Below are positions 34,548-45,141 of a stretch of 64,000 nt of DNA, piece by piece. Below the pieces are notes generated by a model that saw only the letters and a program-made list of their open reading frames with translations, did not search any database and was not told the DNA's origin. How positions within the stretch are numbered: the stretch's first letter is position 1; each line of letters begins with the position of its first letter. Made by a program: the position numbers and the translations under genes. Where the stretch lies: positions 34,810-98,809 of the forward strand of contig JAPPMB010000116.1 in assembly GCA_028819255.1 (NCBI GenBank), read 5' to 3'. The stretch is from Bryobacterales bacterium. GTDB lineage: Bacteria; Acidobacteriota; Terriglobia; Bryobacterales; UBA6623.

Positions 34548-36764
34548 TCAGGATTCGGCAGACCCCGCACCTGTTGCGCAGGCACTGCGAACCAGTTCGC
34601 GCAGGTTCGACCAGCGGACGGACTGCGAGACCGTCTGGACAGCCTGCCTGACCGCGCCGGGCTGCCCGAGCACGACGACCAGCCGGCGAGCCCTGGTGAT
34701 CCCCGTGTAGATCAGATTCCTCTGAAGCATGACGAAGTGCCTCTTCATGATGGGCAGCACGACAGCCGGGTACTCCGATCCCTGGCTCTTGTGGATCGTC
34801 GTGGCGTAGGCCGGCAGAAGTGCGTCAAGCTCCTTGAAGGAATAGTCCACCTTGCGTCCGTCGAACTCGACCTGCAGATGCTCAAGATCCACGTCCAGGC
34901 TGTCGATGAGGCCGATGTCCCCGTTGTAGACCTCCTTGTCGTAGTCGTTCTCGACCTGCATTACCTTGTCACCCCTCGAGTAGGTCCAGCCCAGTCTTTC
35001 GGCCTTGTCCTCGTTCCTGGGGTTCAGCACTGCCTGCAGTTCAAGATTGAGCGCCCTCGAGCCGACGCCTCCCCGGTTCATTGGACAAAGGACCTGAATG
35101 TCGCGGACGGGATCGAGCCCGAAGCGCTTCGGGATGCGGTTGCGGACCAGCTCCACGATCTTCCGGGTGGCGTCATCCGGAGTCTCGGCTGGGACGAAGT
35201 AGAAGTCGGTCTCGCCTTCCGGTCTGCCCAATTCCGGCATCTCGCCCCGGTTGATTCGATGTGCATTGACGACGATGCGGCTTGTGGCCGCCTGGCGGAA
35301 GACCTCGACCAGCCGCGCCACGGGTACGGCCCCGCTCTCGATCAGGTCGGACAGCACCTGTCCGGGGCCGACCGACGGCAGCTGATCGACGTCCCCAACG
35401 GCGAGCAGGGCCGCTTCACCGGGCAGGGCCCGAAGGAGCGAGTGCATCAGCGGAACATCGACCATTGATGCCTCGTCAACCACGAGCAAGTCGCACTCCA
35501 GCGGTTCGTGCTCGCTGCGCCGGAACCTCCCTCGTCGCGGGTCGAATTCGAGAAGGCGGTGGATCGTCTTGGCGTCCTGACCCACCGTCTCGCCCAGGCG
35601 CCTGGCGGCTCGCCCGGTCGGGGCGCAGAGGCTGATCCCTGTGCCCTTGGCCATGAGAATGCCGAGAATCGCCTTGACGATCGTCGTCTTGCCCACGCCC
35701 GGACCGCCTGTGATTACCATCACCTTCGAGCGGATGGCAGTGCGGACCGCCCCGGCCTGGCTCTTTGCCAGCGTCAGGCCGAGCTTGCGCTCGACCCAGG
35801 GAATCGCCCGGTCAACGTCAATTGGGGGCCACGGGGGCACGCCCTGGACCAGCCTGCCGAGCGCTCTTGCGATACCGCGCTCGGCGAGGTGCAGATGCTT
35901 GAGAAAGATACAGGGCACCTCTGCGGTCCGGTCTTGAACAACGGTCGGTTCCTCTTCACGCAGCTCTTGATCGAGAGCGCTCTCGACGAGCTCGGGACGC
36001 ACCTCGAGCAGTTTCGAGCCGCGGCTCAGCAGCTCGTCCCTGGGCAGGCCGCAGTGGCCGTCCTTGGTCGCCTCGGTGAGAGTGTGTCCGATTCCGGCGC
36101 GGACCCGCCTCTCGTCGTCCTTCTCGAATCCTTGCCGGGAGGCGACCTGGTCCGCGGAGGCAAAGCCGATTCCACGGAAGTCGCGGGCCAGCCTGTACGG
36201 ATTCTCGGTGATGATCTCCGGTGCATCCGCGCCATAGACCTTGAATATCTGGTTGGCGCGTGCAGTGCCCAAGCCGCGGTCGTGGAGGAAGACCATGATC
36301 TCCCGGACGACCTTCTGCTCTTCCCACGCGGCGATGATGCGGTTGGCCCGCACAGGCCCGATGCCCGCCACTTCGTGCAGGCGTTGCGGTTCGCTCGCGA
36401 TGACGTCGAAGACCTTGTCGCCGAACTCGTCGACCAGCTTTCGCGCATAGACCGGGCCAATGCCGGGGATCGCTCCCGACGCGAGGTATTTCTCGACCCC
36501 ATCCTGGGAGGTCGGCTCGGAAGTCCTGATGTACGACGCTTCGAACTGGTGTCCGTGCAGACGGTTGTTGACCCACTGGCCTGACGCGGTGATCCACTCG
36601 CCGCGGTTCACGGACGGCGCACGGCCGACCACGGCTTGCGGGTCCCGAATTCCCCGCGCCTGGACCGTCAGGACTGAAAAGCCGTTCTCCGGGTTGTGGA
36701 ACACGACCCGCTCGACCAGCCCGGAGAGCACTTCGCGGTCATCAGAGTTGGTTTTGCTGGACAC
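34548..36764 (-). CDS. recD2: SF1B ATP-dependent RecD-like DNA helicase
   Basis: 738 aa with the N-terminal OB/HhH region (VERVVFHNPENGFSVL...IPGIGPVYARKLV), Walker A ITGGPGVGKTT and a C-terminal TIHKSQGSEYP. Confidence 0.9.
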   Translation of the reverse strand: MSSKTNSDDREVLSGLVERVVFHNPENGFSVLTVQARGIRDPQAVVGRAPSVNRGEWITASGQWVNNRLHGHQFEASYIRTSEPTSQDGVEKYLASGAIPGIGPVYARKLVDEFGDKVFDVIASEPQRLHEVAGIGPVRANRIIAAWEEQKVVREIMVFLHDRGLGTARANQIFKVYGADAPEIITENPYRLARDFRGIGFASADQVASRQGFEKDDERRVRAGIGHTLTEATKDGHCGLPRDELLSRGSKLLEVRPELVESALDQELREEEPTVVQDRTAEVPCIFLKHLHLAERGIARALGRLVQGVPPWPPIDVDRAIPWVERKLGLTLAKSQAGAVRTAIRSKVMVITGGPGVGKTTIVKAILGILMAKGTGISLCAPTGRAARRLGETVGQDAKTIHRLLEFDPRRGRFRRSEHEPLECDLLVVDEASMVDVPLMHSLLRALPGEAALLAVGDVDQLPSVGPGQVLSDLIESGAVPVARLVEVFRQAATSRIVVNAHRINRGEMPELGRPEGETDFYFVPAETPDDATRKIVELVRNRIPKRFGLDPVRDIQVLCPMNRGGVGSRALNLELQAVLNPRNEDKAERLGWTYSRGDKVMQVENDYDKEVYNGDIGLIDSLDVDLEHLQVEFDGRKVDYSFKELDALLPAYATTIHKSQGSEYPAVVLPIMKRHFVMLQRNLIYTGITRARRLVVVLGQPGAVRQAVQTVSQSVRWSNLRELVRSACATGAGSAES

Positions 36765-37045
36765 TCGGCAAGACGGCCCGACCGGTTTCCCGCCGGTCGC
36801 CGGAGATCCGGCCCTTCATTGAACTCTATCGCATGCTCCGGCCGGCCCTGTCTGAACGCGGGAGGGCCGGCCCCCGCGCATTCCGGGGCGGACTGCGGTC
36901 CGCTTCCGGCGCGCGTCTTGGATGACCCGTGGAAGCGTTGTACGATGACATTTCGGCCGGGGCTTCGGCGGACGGCTGAGCCAGTTCCGCAAACCGGTCG
37001 AAATCCGTTACGGAGGGTTGGCCGGCTGCAATCCGGTCTTCACGG

Positions 37046-37984
37046 ATGTCTGCACGCAAACTCGACGGCAAGGCGATTCGCGACAGCGTGCTTGCGGACG
37101 TTGCGTCGGGCGTGGAGGCCGCCGTACGGCACGGTGTCCGGCCAGGGCTGGCAGCAGTCCTCGTCGGCGACGATCCCGCCTCGAGGATATACGTCCGCAA
37201 CAAGGTCCGGGCCTGCGACCGGATCGGGGCCTACTCGGAAACGATCCGCCTGCCGTCCGAGACTGCAACCGACCGCCTGCTCGCGCTTGTGCAGGAGCTC
37301 AACGACCGGGACGACATCGACGGGATTCTGGTCCAGCTTCCGCTGCCGGGACACATCGACTCCCGCCGGGTGCTGGCTGCGGTCTCCCCGGACAAGGATG
37401 TGGACGGATTCCATCCAGTCAACGTCGGCAGGCTCGCCAGCGGCCAGGAGGGTCTCAAGCCCTGCACGCCTCGCGGCCTGATCGAGATCCTCAAGCGCAG
37501 CCGGATCCCGATCGCCGGGAGCCGGGCGGTCGTGGTGGGCCGGAGCAACATCGTGGGCAAGCCCGCGGCCCTGCTTCTGCTGGCCGAGCACGCCACGGTC
37601 ACGATCTGCCATTCGAGGACGCCCGACCTGCCGTCCGTCTGCAGGCAGGCGGACATTCTGGTCGCGGCGGTGGGAAGGCCGGCGATGCTGACGCGCGAAT
37701 ACATCCGTGAGGGCGCCGTGGTTCTGGATGTCGGGATCAACCGGCTGGTGGATGCGGCCGAGGTCGACAGGCTTCTGGCTCACGCGCCCGCGCGGCTGCG
37801 GAGATTCCGCAGGACCGGAAGCGCGCTTGTGGGCGACGTGCATCCGGGCCACGTGCGCGAGATTGCGTCTGCATACACTCCCGTGCCGGGAGGCGTTGGA
37901 CCACTGACGGTCGCGATGCTGATGTCCAACACGCTTCTTGCGGCCTGCCGCCGCTTGCCCGAGAACGGGCGCAGTTCGGCATGA
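37046..37984 (+). CDS. folD: Bifunctional methylenetetrahydrofolate dehydrogenase/cyclohydrolase
   Basis: 312 aa with KLDGKAIRD...PGLAAVLVGDDPASRIYVRNK...GILVQLPLP...VVVGRSNIVGKP. Confidence 0.93.
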   Translation: MSARKLDGKAIRDSVLADVASGVEAAVRHGVRPGLAAVLVGDDPASRIYVRNKVRACDRIGAYSETIRLPSETATDRLLALVQELNDRDDIDGILVQLPLPGHIDSRRVLAAVSPDKDVDGFHPVNVGRLASGQEGLKPCTPRGLIEILKRSRIPIAGSRAVVVGRSNIVGKPAALLLLAEHATVTICHSRTPDLPSVCRQADILVAAVGRPAMLTREYIREGAVVLDVGINRLVDAAEVDRLLAHAPARLRRFRRTGSALVGDVHPGHVREIASAYTPVPGGVGPLTVAMLMSNTLLAACRRLPENGRSSA

Positions 37985-38940
37985 GCCTCGGCCGGTACGG
38001 CTGGAGTCCGTTCTTCGAGGCCCAGCTGCCGGGTCCGGCCAGGAGCGTGCCGGGAAGGGTTCGGCTCGCCACGGCCAGGAGGGCCCAGCTCTACGCAGCC
38101 AAGCGCGTGGTCAACGTCAGCGTGCCCCGCAACGTTGGGCCCGCCGCCGTTGGGGACTGGCTGCTCTTCAACCCGAAGCGACGAACGGCTGTTCGCGTCC
38201 TCCAGCGGCGCAATGCGATTGCACGCAACCGCCCCGGGCATACTGCGAGACGGCAGATTCTGGCGTCGAACATTGACACGGCACTGGTCGTCGCAACGCT
38301 GGACCGGGACTTCAGCGCACGGCAGATCGAGCGCTATCTGCTCTGCGTCGAGGAGAGCGGCGCGAAGGCCGTCATCGTCCTCAACAAGGCGGACCTGTGC
38401 CCGGACCCCGGGGCAAGGACCGCGGCATGCGAGCGCGCGAATCCGGGCTATCCCGTCGTAGCGACGAGTGCGGTCGCCGGCAGCGGCCTTTCCGCCCTCA
38501 CACGCCACCTGGGCGATCACGACACGGTGGCGCTCGCCGGACCGTCGGGCGTGGGAAAGTCCTCGCTCGTCAATGCGCTACTGCAATCCGACTATCTTCG
38601 CGTGGGATCCGTGCGGAGCCAGGATCGTCGGGGCAAGCACACGACGACAAGGCGGGAACTCGTCGCGCACCCGCGGGGCTGGCTGTTGATGGACCTGCCG
38701 GGTATCAGGGAGCTGTTCCCTTGGAGCCGCCCCGAGACCGTCGACACCGTCTTCACAGAAATCTCCGAACTCGGCGGAACCTGCTACTACCGGGACTGTC
38801 GGCACGGGCAGGAACCGGGCTGCTCCGTGCTGGAGGCACTCGAGGAGGGCCGCATCGATGCGGGGCGGCTCGATAGCTATCGCCAGCTGCGCCAGGAACA
38901 GGAGTCTCTGGCGAGGCTGATCGGGGAACGGCGGAAGTAG
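37981..38940 (+). CDS. rsgA: Ribosome small-subunit-dependent GTPase A
   Basis: 319 aa with the circularly permuted GTPase motifs (VLNKADL, GPSGVGKSSL) and the Zn-finger CYYRDCRHGQEPGC. Overlaps the folD stop by 4 nt. Confidence 0.9.
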   Translation: MSLGRYGWSPFFEAQLPGPARSVPGRVRLATARRAQLYAAKRVVNVSVPRNVGPAAVGDWLLFNPKRRTAVRVLQRRNAIARNRPGHTARRQILASNIDTALVVATLDRDFSARQIERYLLCVEESGAKAVIVLNKADLCPDPGARTAACERANPGYPVVATSAVAGSGLSALTRHLGDHDTVALAGPSGVGKSSLVNALLQSDYLRVGSVRSQDRRGKHTTTRRELVAHPRGWLLMDLPGIRELFPWSRPETVDTVFTEISELGGTCYYRDCRHGQEPGCSVLEALEEGRIDAGRLDSYRQLRQEQESLARLIGERRK

Positions 38941-38954
38941 GGCCGGGAGAGGTC

Positions 38955-39719
38955 TCAGAGCCTGCGCGCCAAGGGCTGGAAGCCCTCCTTGGCAAGCTTG
39001 GTCTTGGCATCGGCGGCGTCCGCCGCGTTGCTGAACGGGCCTACGTACACGCGGTAGAGTCCGTCCCCGCTCTTGTCTCCGATCTTCGCTTCCAGGCCCT
39101 CGCTGCGCAGCCAGCTGACCAGTCCCCTGGCATTTGTCCGCACCTTGAAGGCGGCGATCTGAAAATGGACGCTCGCATCGGGAGGCTGCCTGTCCGAGAC
39201 TGGAGCGGTCATCCGGGGGGCCGGCTTCACCGCGGGCTTCACCCGTGCGGGAGGAGCCGCAGCGGCGGGTGGAGGACTCTGCGCAACCGCCGGCGGCCTC
39301 TCCACCTTCAGCTTGATTCCGGGCACGGGCTTCTCGCGTTCCCTGACCGGTCGCGCCGGCTTCGGGTCGCCGGCTGGTTCGGAGGATTCCTCGGCCGGCG
39401 GCTCTGCGCTCGCACTCCGGGAGTCCGAAGCCGCCGCTCCCGGCTTGTCTGGCTTGAGCAGGACATCCGGTATGTCAACCGGTCCGGGCGCTGGAGCGGC
39501 CTTGGATTCCAGGAAGGCGAGCAGGCTCGCCTTTCCCTCCCCGGCCCGCGTGTGTCCGGTCTCGACGCCCCAGAGGAACGCCCCGCCGAACATGACCACG
39601 ATCGCGATCAGGATGATCAGCGCCTGCTTGAGACCGAATACGACCTCGATCTCTTCCCTGGGTTTGGGCTTCTTCGACCGGGACTTGGGTGGCGGCAGGG
39701 GCTTGGCCGTGCCCTTCAT
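38955..39719 (-). CDS. SPOR domain-containing membrane protein
   Basis: 254 aa. It has an N-terminal TM segment, a Pro/Ala-rich linker and a C-terminal SPOR-like region (HFQIAAFKVRTNARGLVSWLRSEGLEAKI...YRVYVGPFSNAADA). Confidence 0.75.
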   Translation of the reverse strand: MKGTAKPLPPPKSRSKKPKPREEIEVVFGLKQALIILIAIVVMFGGAFLWGVETGHTRAGEGKASLLAFLESKAAPAPGPVDIPDVLLKPDKPGAAASDSRSASAEPPAEESSEPAGDPKPARPVREREKPVPGIKLKVERPPAVAQSPPPAAAAPPARVKPAVKPAPRMTAPVSDRQPPDASVHFQIAAFKVRTNARGLVSWLRSEGLEAKIGDKSGDGLYRVYVGPFSNAADAADAKTKLAKEGFQPLARRL

Positions 39720-39751
39720 GCATCCATCCTACCCCAACTGAAACAATATTC

Positions 39752-40531
39752 CTAGGTTGTGTTCGAGGAATTGCCTCCCTGCTGCGCATCCGCCCAGCCG
39801 GACAGCCCCCGGAAGAGATCGACTGGCAGAGGCAGAACGACGGTCGTATTCTTCTCGGCTCCGATCTCGGTCAGCGTCTGGAGATAGCGAAGCGTGATCG
39901 AGGCGGGCTGGCTGCTGAGCATCTCAGCCGCCTGCGTGAGCTTGGCGGCGGCCTGATTCTCTCCGTCGGCGTGGATGATCTTGGCGCGCCGCTCGCGCTC
40001 CGCTTCCGCCTGGCGGGCGATTGCGCGGATCATCTGCTCCGGAAGGTCGACATGCTTCACCTCGACGGCCTGGACCTTGATGCCCCAAGTGCCCGTCTGC
40101 TCGTCCAGCGTCGACTGCAGCCTGGCGTTGAGCTTCTCCCGCTCGCTCAGGAGCTCATCGAGGTCGGCTTCGCCGAGCACGGACCGGAGGCGCGTCTGCG
40201 CTAGCTGCGAGGTCGCGTGGACGTAGTGCTTCACCTCGACCACCGCCTTGGCGGGGTCCAGCACGCGGAAGAACACTACGGCGCTGACCTTCACAGTGAC
40301 GTTGTCGCGCGTCACGACGTCCTGGGAAGGCACCTCCAGCGTCTCGACGCGCAGAGGAATCCGCACGATGCGGTCGATGGGACGAAAGACGAGGATGATC
40401 CCGGGGCCCTTGGGTCTCGGAAGCAGGCGGCCTAGCCGGAAGATCACGCCGCGCTCGTACTCGGTGAGGATCTTGATGCTGTTGATCAGATAGAGAGCGA
40501 CGATGCCGAAGACGATGAGAGAGAAGTTCAT
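39752..40531 (-). CDS. SPFH/band-7 (stomatin-like) protein
   Basis: 259 aa with [18 protein letters not shown]...[23 protein letters not shown]. Confidence 0.9.
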   Translation of the reverse strand: MNFSLIVFGIVALYLINSIKILTEYERGVIFRLGRLLPRPKGPGIILVFRPIDRIVRIPLRVETLEVPSQDVVTRDNVTVKVSAVVFFRVLDPAKAVVEVKHYVHATSQLAQTRLRSVLGEADLDELLSEREKLNARLQSTLDEQTGTWGIKVQAVEVKHVDLPEQMIRAIARQAEAERERRAKIIHADGENQAAAKLTQAAEMLSSQPASITLRYLQTLTEIGAEKNTTVVLPLPVDLFRGLSGWADAQQGGNSSNTT

Positions 40532-40637
40532 CAGGGGCTCCTTGGGGTTCGCAACGGGCGTCCGCCGACCGCCGCCGGGGCGTAGGCGGACACTGGTTGA
40601 ATTCTAGCCGATGCGGAGTCCCGCGCCGCGAAGGCGC

Positions 40638-41990
40638 CTATCCGGACTTCGCCGGACCGGGACTTCCGTCTCCGGACCCGTTCTCGGGCTCCACCTCGAG
40701 CGTCATCCCGCGCACCTCCGTCACGCGGACCCTCGTGCCCGGCTCCACATAGGCCGCAGAGCGGGCACTCCAGAGTTCTCCGTGCACGAAGACGGTCCCG
40801 CCGGGATCGAGCGCGGTGCGCGTCTCGCCCCACTCCCCGGCCATCGCCTCGGTGCCCGTGGCGACCTTGAAGCGGAAGGACCGGATCGCCAGCTGGAGCA
40901 GGAAGACGCTGATCGCTGCGAACGGCAACGTGATCGCAATCGCCGGAATCCAGCCGATCTGCAATTCGGGCACGTCGGTGTCCACGAGGATGACGATGCC
41001 GAGAACCATGGCAACGACCCCGCCCGTGGCGAGAATGCCATTCACGGGGGTCACCGCCTCAATGACGAAGAATGTCGCGGCAAGCACGATCAGCGCGACT
41101 CCCGCCAAGTTGATCGGCAGGAACGAAAGCGCCATCAGCCCGACGATGAGCAGGATCCCGCCCAGCACGCCCGGCACGATCAGCCCCGGATTCGTGAACT
41201 CGATGTAGACGCCCGCGAGGCCCACGATCAGCACCAGAAGGGCCAGGCTGGGATTGATGAGCGGGAGCAACACCTTCTGCCGCAGGCTCGGCGCATAGCC
41301 GTACGTCTCGGCGCCCGCCAGATCGAGGGTCTCCTCGGTCCCGTCGAACCGAACGACGGTGCGACCGTCGAGCTGGGCCAGCAGGTCATCGATGTCCGTC
41401 GCAATCACCTCGATCAGGCTCGCCTCCAAGGCGTCCTCTTCCGTGTACGACTTGCTCTCCAGGACCGCTTCAACCGCCAGTTCGCTGTTCCTGCCCCGCT
41501 TGTCCGTGACAGCCCGCAGCGAGGCCGCGGTGTCGTTCTCGATCTTCTGCTTCATCGCGCCCTCGATCTCGCCGCCCATGGCGAGCACCGGCTGCGCCGC
41601 GCCGGTGTTCGTGCCGGGCGCCATGGCGGCAACGTCGGCGGAAACCAGGATGATGAAGCCGGCCGAGGCTGCGTGCCCGCCGCTGGGCGACACGTAGGTG
41701 ATCACCGGAACGGGTGACGCGAGGATGGCCTGGACGATCTCGTTGGTCGCTTCGAGCAGGCCGCCCGGCGTGTTGATCCTCAGCACGACCGCGGCGTCCC
41801 CGGACTCGGACGCCTGCTGGAGACCCGCACTGATGATCTCCCGGGTCAAGGGATGCACAACGGTATCAAGTTCCAGAACCAGCACGCGTCCCGCCTGCGC
41901 CGAGGGCGGTGCCGACAGGACCGACAGGACCGCGAACAACACCAGGCAGGGGAGGCAACGGCACAATTTCAATGCCCGGTCAGCCCACAT
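40638..41990 (-). CDS. NfeD-family membrane-bound ClpP-class serine protease
   Basis: ORF 40638..42431 trimmed to MWADRALKLC (cat at 41988-41990). Contains the ClpP-like block INTPGGLLEATNEIV...GHAASAGFIIL, multiple TM segments and a C-terminal OB-like tail. Lies upstream of the SPFH gene, the classic NfeD-stomatin pairing. Confidence 0.85.
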   Translation of the reverse strand: MWADRALKLCRCLPCLVLFAVLSVLSAPPSAQAGRVLVLELDTVVHPLTREIISAGLQQASESGDAAVVLRINTPGGLLEATNEIVQAILASPVPVITYVSPSGGHAASAGFIILVSADVAAMAPGTNTGAAQPVLAMGGEIEGAMKQKIENDTAASLRAVTDKRGRNSELAVEAVLESKSYTEEDALEASLIEVIATDIDDLLAQLDGRTVVRFDGTEETLDLAGAETYGYAPSLRQKVLLPLINPSLALLVLIVGLAGVYIEFTNPGLIVPGVLGGILLIVGLMALSFLPINLAGVALIVLAATFFVIEAVTPVNGILATGGVVAMVLGIVILVDTDVPELQIGWIPAIAITLPFAAISVFLLQLAIRSFRFKVATGTEAMAGEWGETRTALDPGGTVFVHGELWSARSAAYVEPGTRVRVTEVRGMTLEVEPENGSGDGSPGPAKSG

Positions 41991-42139
41991 TTCACACTCA
42001 GTGTAGTGCAGGTTTCCGTTCCGGGTCAGCCGGTCCTCATCCCTCGGGACTCGTTCGGCGGAAGCGCGCCGACCGTGCCTTCTCGACGCTCTCGCGGCGT
42101 CCGGTCTGACGGAGGGCGGGACTATGATGGAATGCTCGT

Positions 42140-44119
42140 ATGAGGTTTCTCGGACTGGGGTTCGGCAAGTCCGAGAAGGCCTTGGCGGCGATGGTCGCGG
42201 CCACGGCTGTGCTGGCGCTGCTGGAGACCGCGCTCCCGTCCCTGCGGTCCCTCCGCCAGTTCGCTCTGGCGCTGGTGCTGATTCTTGGCGGCCTGCTGGC
42301 CATGATCCGGCTGGGCCGCCTCGGGGCGTGGCTGATCCGCAGGTTCCTGTGGCGGGTGCGTCACCGCATGGTCGCGGTGTTCTTCTTCGTCGGCGCTCTG
42401 CCGATCTCGTTCGGCACTCTGGTGGCGACATGGGGCGTCGCCCTCATGCTCGGTCCGATTACGGGATACATGGTCACGGCGCACTTCCTGCGTCATTCCG
42501 ACCGCATCGAGGCGGTGGCGGAGTCCCTCATGTGGCAGCTCCGGAACCAGGCGCAGCCAGACCGTCCGGCAACCGTTGCGAGTTTCCACAGGCACGCCGA
42601 GGAGCGTTTTCCCGGTGTTCTGATCCAGGCGGAGTTCGATGGGGTGCGGGTCTCGTATCCGGAAGGCTCGCTGGCGGGCGAGATGCCTTCCAGGCTGGGC
42701 GAGGAGTGGGCCATGCTGCGCCGGAGCGACGGGCTGTTCCTGACAGCCGCCGTCAAGGACGGGCAGAATGACGACCGTGTCGTCCTAGCGGTCCCGGTCA
42801 CAGAGCAGGTCGTTCAGGACCTGATGCCGGGACTTGGCATCCTCTCACTGTCTGCGGAGGGCAGGGGCCAGGATGGAGGAGGCTGGCCGGCAGAGCCGGG
42901 CCCCGTCGTTGAAGGCGGCGCCCAGATCGCGAGATCCGGCGTTCCGCCGCCACGTCACCCCTTCGACTGGGTGGTGCGCTGGCCTATCCAGGCCAGGATC
43001 CTGGACTGGAACACCAACGAAGTCGAGACCGCCACCTACGCCCTGCTGACACGGGCGTCAGCACTGTGGACGACGATCTTCAGTCCCCAGGGCCCGGAGA
43101 CTTTTCGTTTCTTCGCCATCATCGGCTATCTGCTTCTGGCAACCTTCGGGGCGAGCTTGCTGGTCTCCCTGGTGATCGCCACCTCCCTAACCCGCACCAT
43201 GACCCGGGCAGTGAACGACCTCTATGTCGGAACGCAGCACGTCAACAAGGGGGACTTCAGCTACAGGATTCCCGTCTCGGGATCCGACCAGGTCAGCGAC
43301 CTCTCGCGCTCGTTCAACACGATGACGCGGTCCATCGAGGGATTGATCGAGGAGTCCAAGCGGCGACAGCAGCTCGAGGCGGAACTCGAAATCGCGCGGG
43401 AGGTCCAGTCGAGGCTGTTCCCCGCAACGCCGCCCGAGCTCGAGGGACTTGAGCTGCTGGGCATCTGCCGGCCCGCCCGCTCCGTCTCGGGCGACTTCTT
43501 CGACTACGTGAGCCTGGACGGCGGACGCCTTGCGATCAGCTTCGGGGACGTGTCAGGCAAGGGCATTTCGGCGGCACTCGTCATGGCCTCCCTGCACTCC
43601 ATCGTCCGTGCGCAGCTGTCCCTCCTGCCGTCCGACCAGTCGCAGCCGCTGGAGGGCTCGGCTGCCAGGCTCGTGGAGAGGGCCAACCGGCAGCTTTGCG
43701 AGAACACCTCTCCGGAAAAGTTCTCCACCCTGTTCTTTGGCGCCTACGACGCCCTCACGGGCACCTTGACCTACGCGAACGCGGGCCACCTTCCCCCGCT
43801 GCTGCTCCGGAACGGGAGCGTGCAGCCGCTGGAGATCAATGGGATGATCGTGGGGGCGTTCCCCTTCGCGAAATACACGGCATCGAACCTGTCGCTGGTG
43901 CCGGGCGACATCCTCATTGCCTACACCGACGGCATCACCGAGCCCGAGAACGCGGACGGCCAGGAATTCGGCGAGGACCGGCTGAGGACTGCGCTGGCCA
44001 GGTCCGCGCAGCAGCCTCCGCGGGAGTGCATCGAGAGCGTGATGGACGAGGTGATCGGCTGGACCGGGAACTCAACGCTGCAGGACGACATGACGATGCT
44101 GGTGGTGAAGAAGCGATGA
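42140..44119 (+). CDS. Membrane sensor PP2C phosphatase (HAMP + SpoIIE/RsbU-type)
   Basis: 659 aa with N-terminal TM segments, HAMP (LSRSFNTMTRSIEGLIEE) and PP2C/SpoIIE motifs (REVQSRLFP, SGDFFDY, GDVSGKG, YTDGITE, DDMTMLVV). Confidence 0.85.
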   Translation: MRFLGLGFGKSEKALAAMVAATAVLALLETALPSLRSLRQFALALVLILGGLLAMIRLGRLGAWLIRRFLWRVRHRMVAVFFFVGALPISFGTLVATWGVALMLGPITGYMVTAHFLRHSDRIEAVAESLMWQLRNQAQPDRPATVASFHRHAEERFPGVLIQAEFDGVRVSYPEGSLAGEMPSRLGEEWAMLRRSDGLFLTAAVKDGQNDDRVVLAVPVTEQVVQDLMPGLGILSLSAEGRGQDGGGWPAEPGPVVEGGAQIARSGVPPPRHPFDWVVRWPIQARILDWNTNEVETATYALLTRASALWTTIFSPQGPETFRFFAIIGYLLLATFGASLLVSLVIATSLTRTMTRAVNDLYVGTQHVNKGDFSYRIPVSGSDQVSDLSRSFNTMTRSIEGLIEESKRRQQLEAELEIAREVQSRLFPATPPELEGLELLGICRPARSVSGDFFDYVSLDGGRLAISFGDVSGKGISAALVMASLHSIVRAQLSLLPSDQSQPLEGSAARLVERANRQLCENTSPEKFSTLFFGAYDALTGTLTYANAGHLPPLLLRNGSVQPLEINGMIVGAFPFAKYTASNLSLVPGDILIAYTDGITEPENADGQEFGEDRLRTALARSAQQPPRECIESVMDEVIGWTGNSTLQDDMTMLVVKKR

Positions 44120-45141
44120 AGGCGCCGGGGCCTCTGCACCAGCCCCTGCGGCGAATCGCGGGACTGTTCGCGCTCTCAACGAGCCTGCTGGTCACCGGCA
44201 CCCTGGGCTTCCACTGGATTGAAGGCCAGCCCCTGTTCGACAGCTTCTACTTCACGCTGATCACGCTGACCACCGTGGGCTACGGGGAGATCTTCGAGCT
44301 CAGCAACGCGGGCCGCCACTTCAACGCAATCCTGATCCTGGCGGGATTCGGCGTCGTCTTCATCACCTTGGGAATGATGGCCGAATCGTACCTCGAACTG
44401 GAGGCATTGGGGTACTTTGGTCAGAGAAGGATTCGACGCATGATCGACAAGATGTCCGGCCATCTGATCGTTTGCGGCATCGGTCGCGTGGGACGGGGCG
44501 TGATCGACCGGCTAAAGCACAGTGAGGTTGCGTTTATGGCGGTCGACAGTTCGCCTTCGCTCAAGGACTGGGCGCGAGAGACCGGAGTGCCGCTGCTCAC
44601 AGGGGACGCAACCTTGGACGGAACCCTGGAGCAGGCAGGAGCGAGGCGAGCCAAGGGCTTGGTCGCAGCCACGAGCAGCGACGCCGTGAATGTCTACATC
44701 ACCCTCTCAGCTCGCGTCATCAACCCCGACCTGCGGATCGCCGCGCGAGCCAGCGACGAAGAGGCCAGGACGAAGCTGCTCCGAGCTGGCGCCAATACCG
44801 TCATCACGCCGTACGCCTTCACGGGAGACCGGATAGCTCAGGCCATGCTCCGCCCGGAGTCGTCGAGCATTCTCGACCTCGCGGCCGCCGTCGAGCACTT
44901 GGAATGGGACCTCGACATCGAGGAGTACTGCGTCACGGACCGGAGCCGCTGCTGCGGCAAGACCCTCCAGGAATCCGGACTGACGGACGCATCGAACCTG
45001 ATCGTCCTTGCAGTCATCCGGTCGGGAGGAGCCCTACAGTTCAATCCTCCCTCCGACACCCGGATTGAATCGGGTCACGTGCTGATCGTTCTGGGCCGGC
45101 TGCAAGAACTCGACCGGATGAAGCGGCTAGTGGGCGGCTGA
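44116..45141 (+). CDS. Potassium channel with RCK (TrkA-N/TrkA-C) domains
   Basis: ATG at 44116 overlaps the upstream stop (ATGA). Contains the selectivity filter TLTTVGYGE and the Rossmann-like LIVCGIGRVGRG. Confidence 0.88.
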   Translation: MKAPGPLHQPLRRIAGLFALSTSLLVTGTLGFHWIEGQPLFDSFYFTLITLTTVGYGEIFELSNAGRHFNAILILAGFGVVFITLGMMAESYLELEALGYFGQRRIRRMIDKMSGHLIVCGIGRVGRGVIDRLKHSEVAFMAVDSSPSLKDWARETGVPLLTGDATLDGTLEQAGARRAKGLVAATSSDAVNVYITLSARVINPDLRIAARASDEEARTKLLRAGANTVITPYAFTGDRIAQAMLRPESSSILDLAAAVEHLEWDLDIEEYCVTDRSRCCGKTLQESGLTDASNLIVLAVIRSGGALQFNPPSDTRIESGHVLIVLGRLQELDRMKRLVGG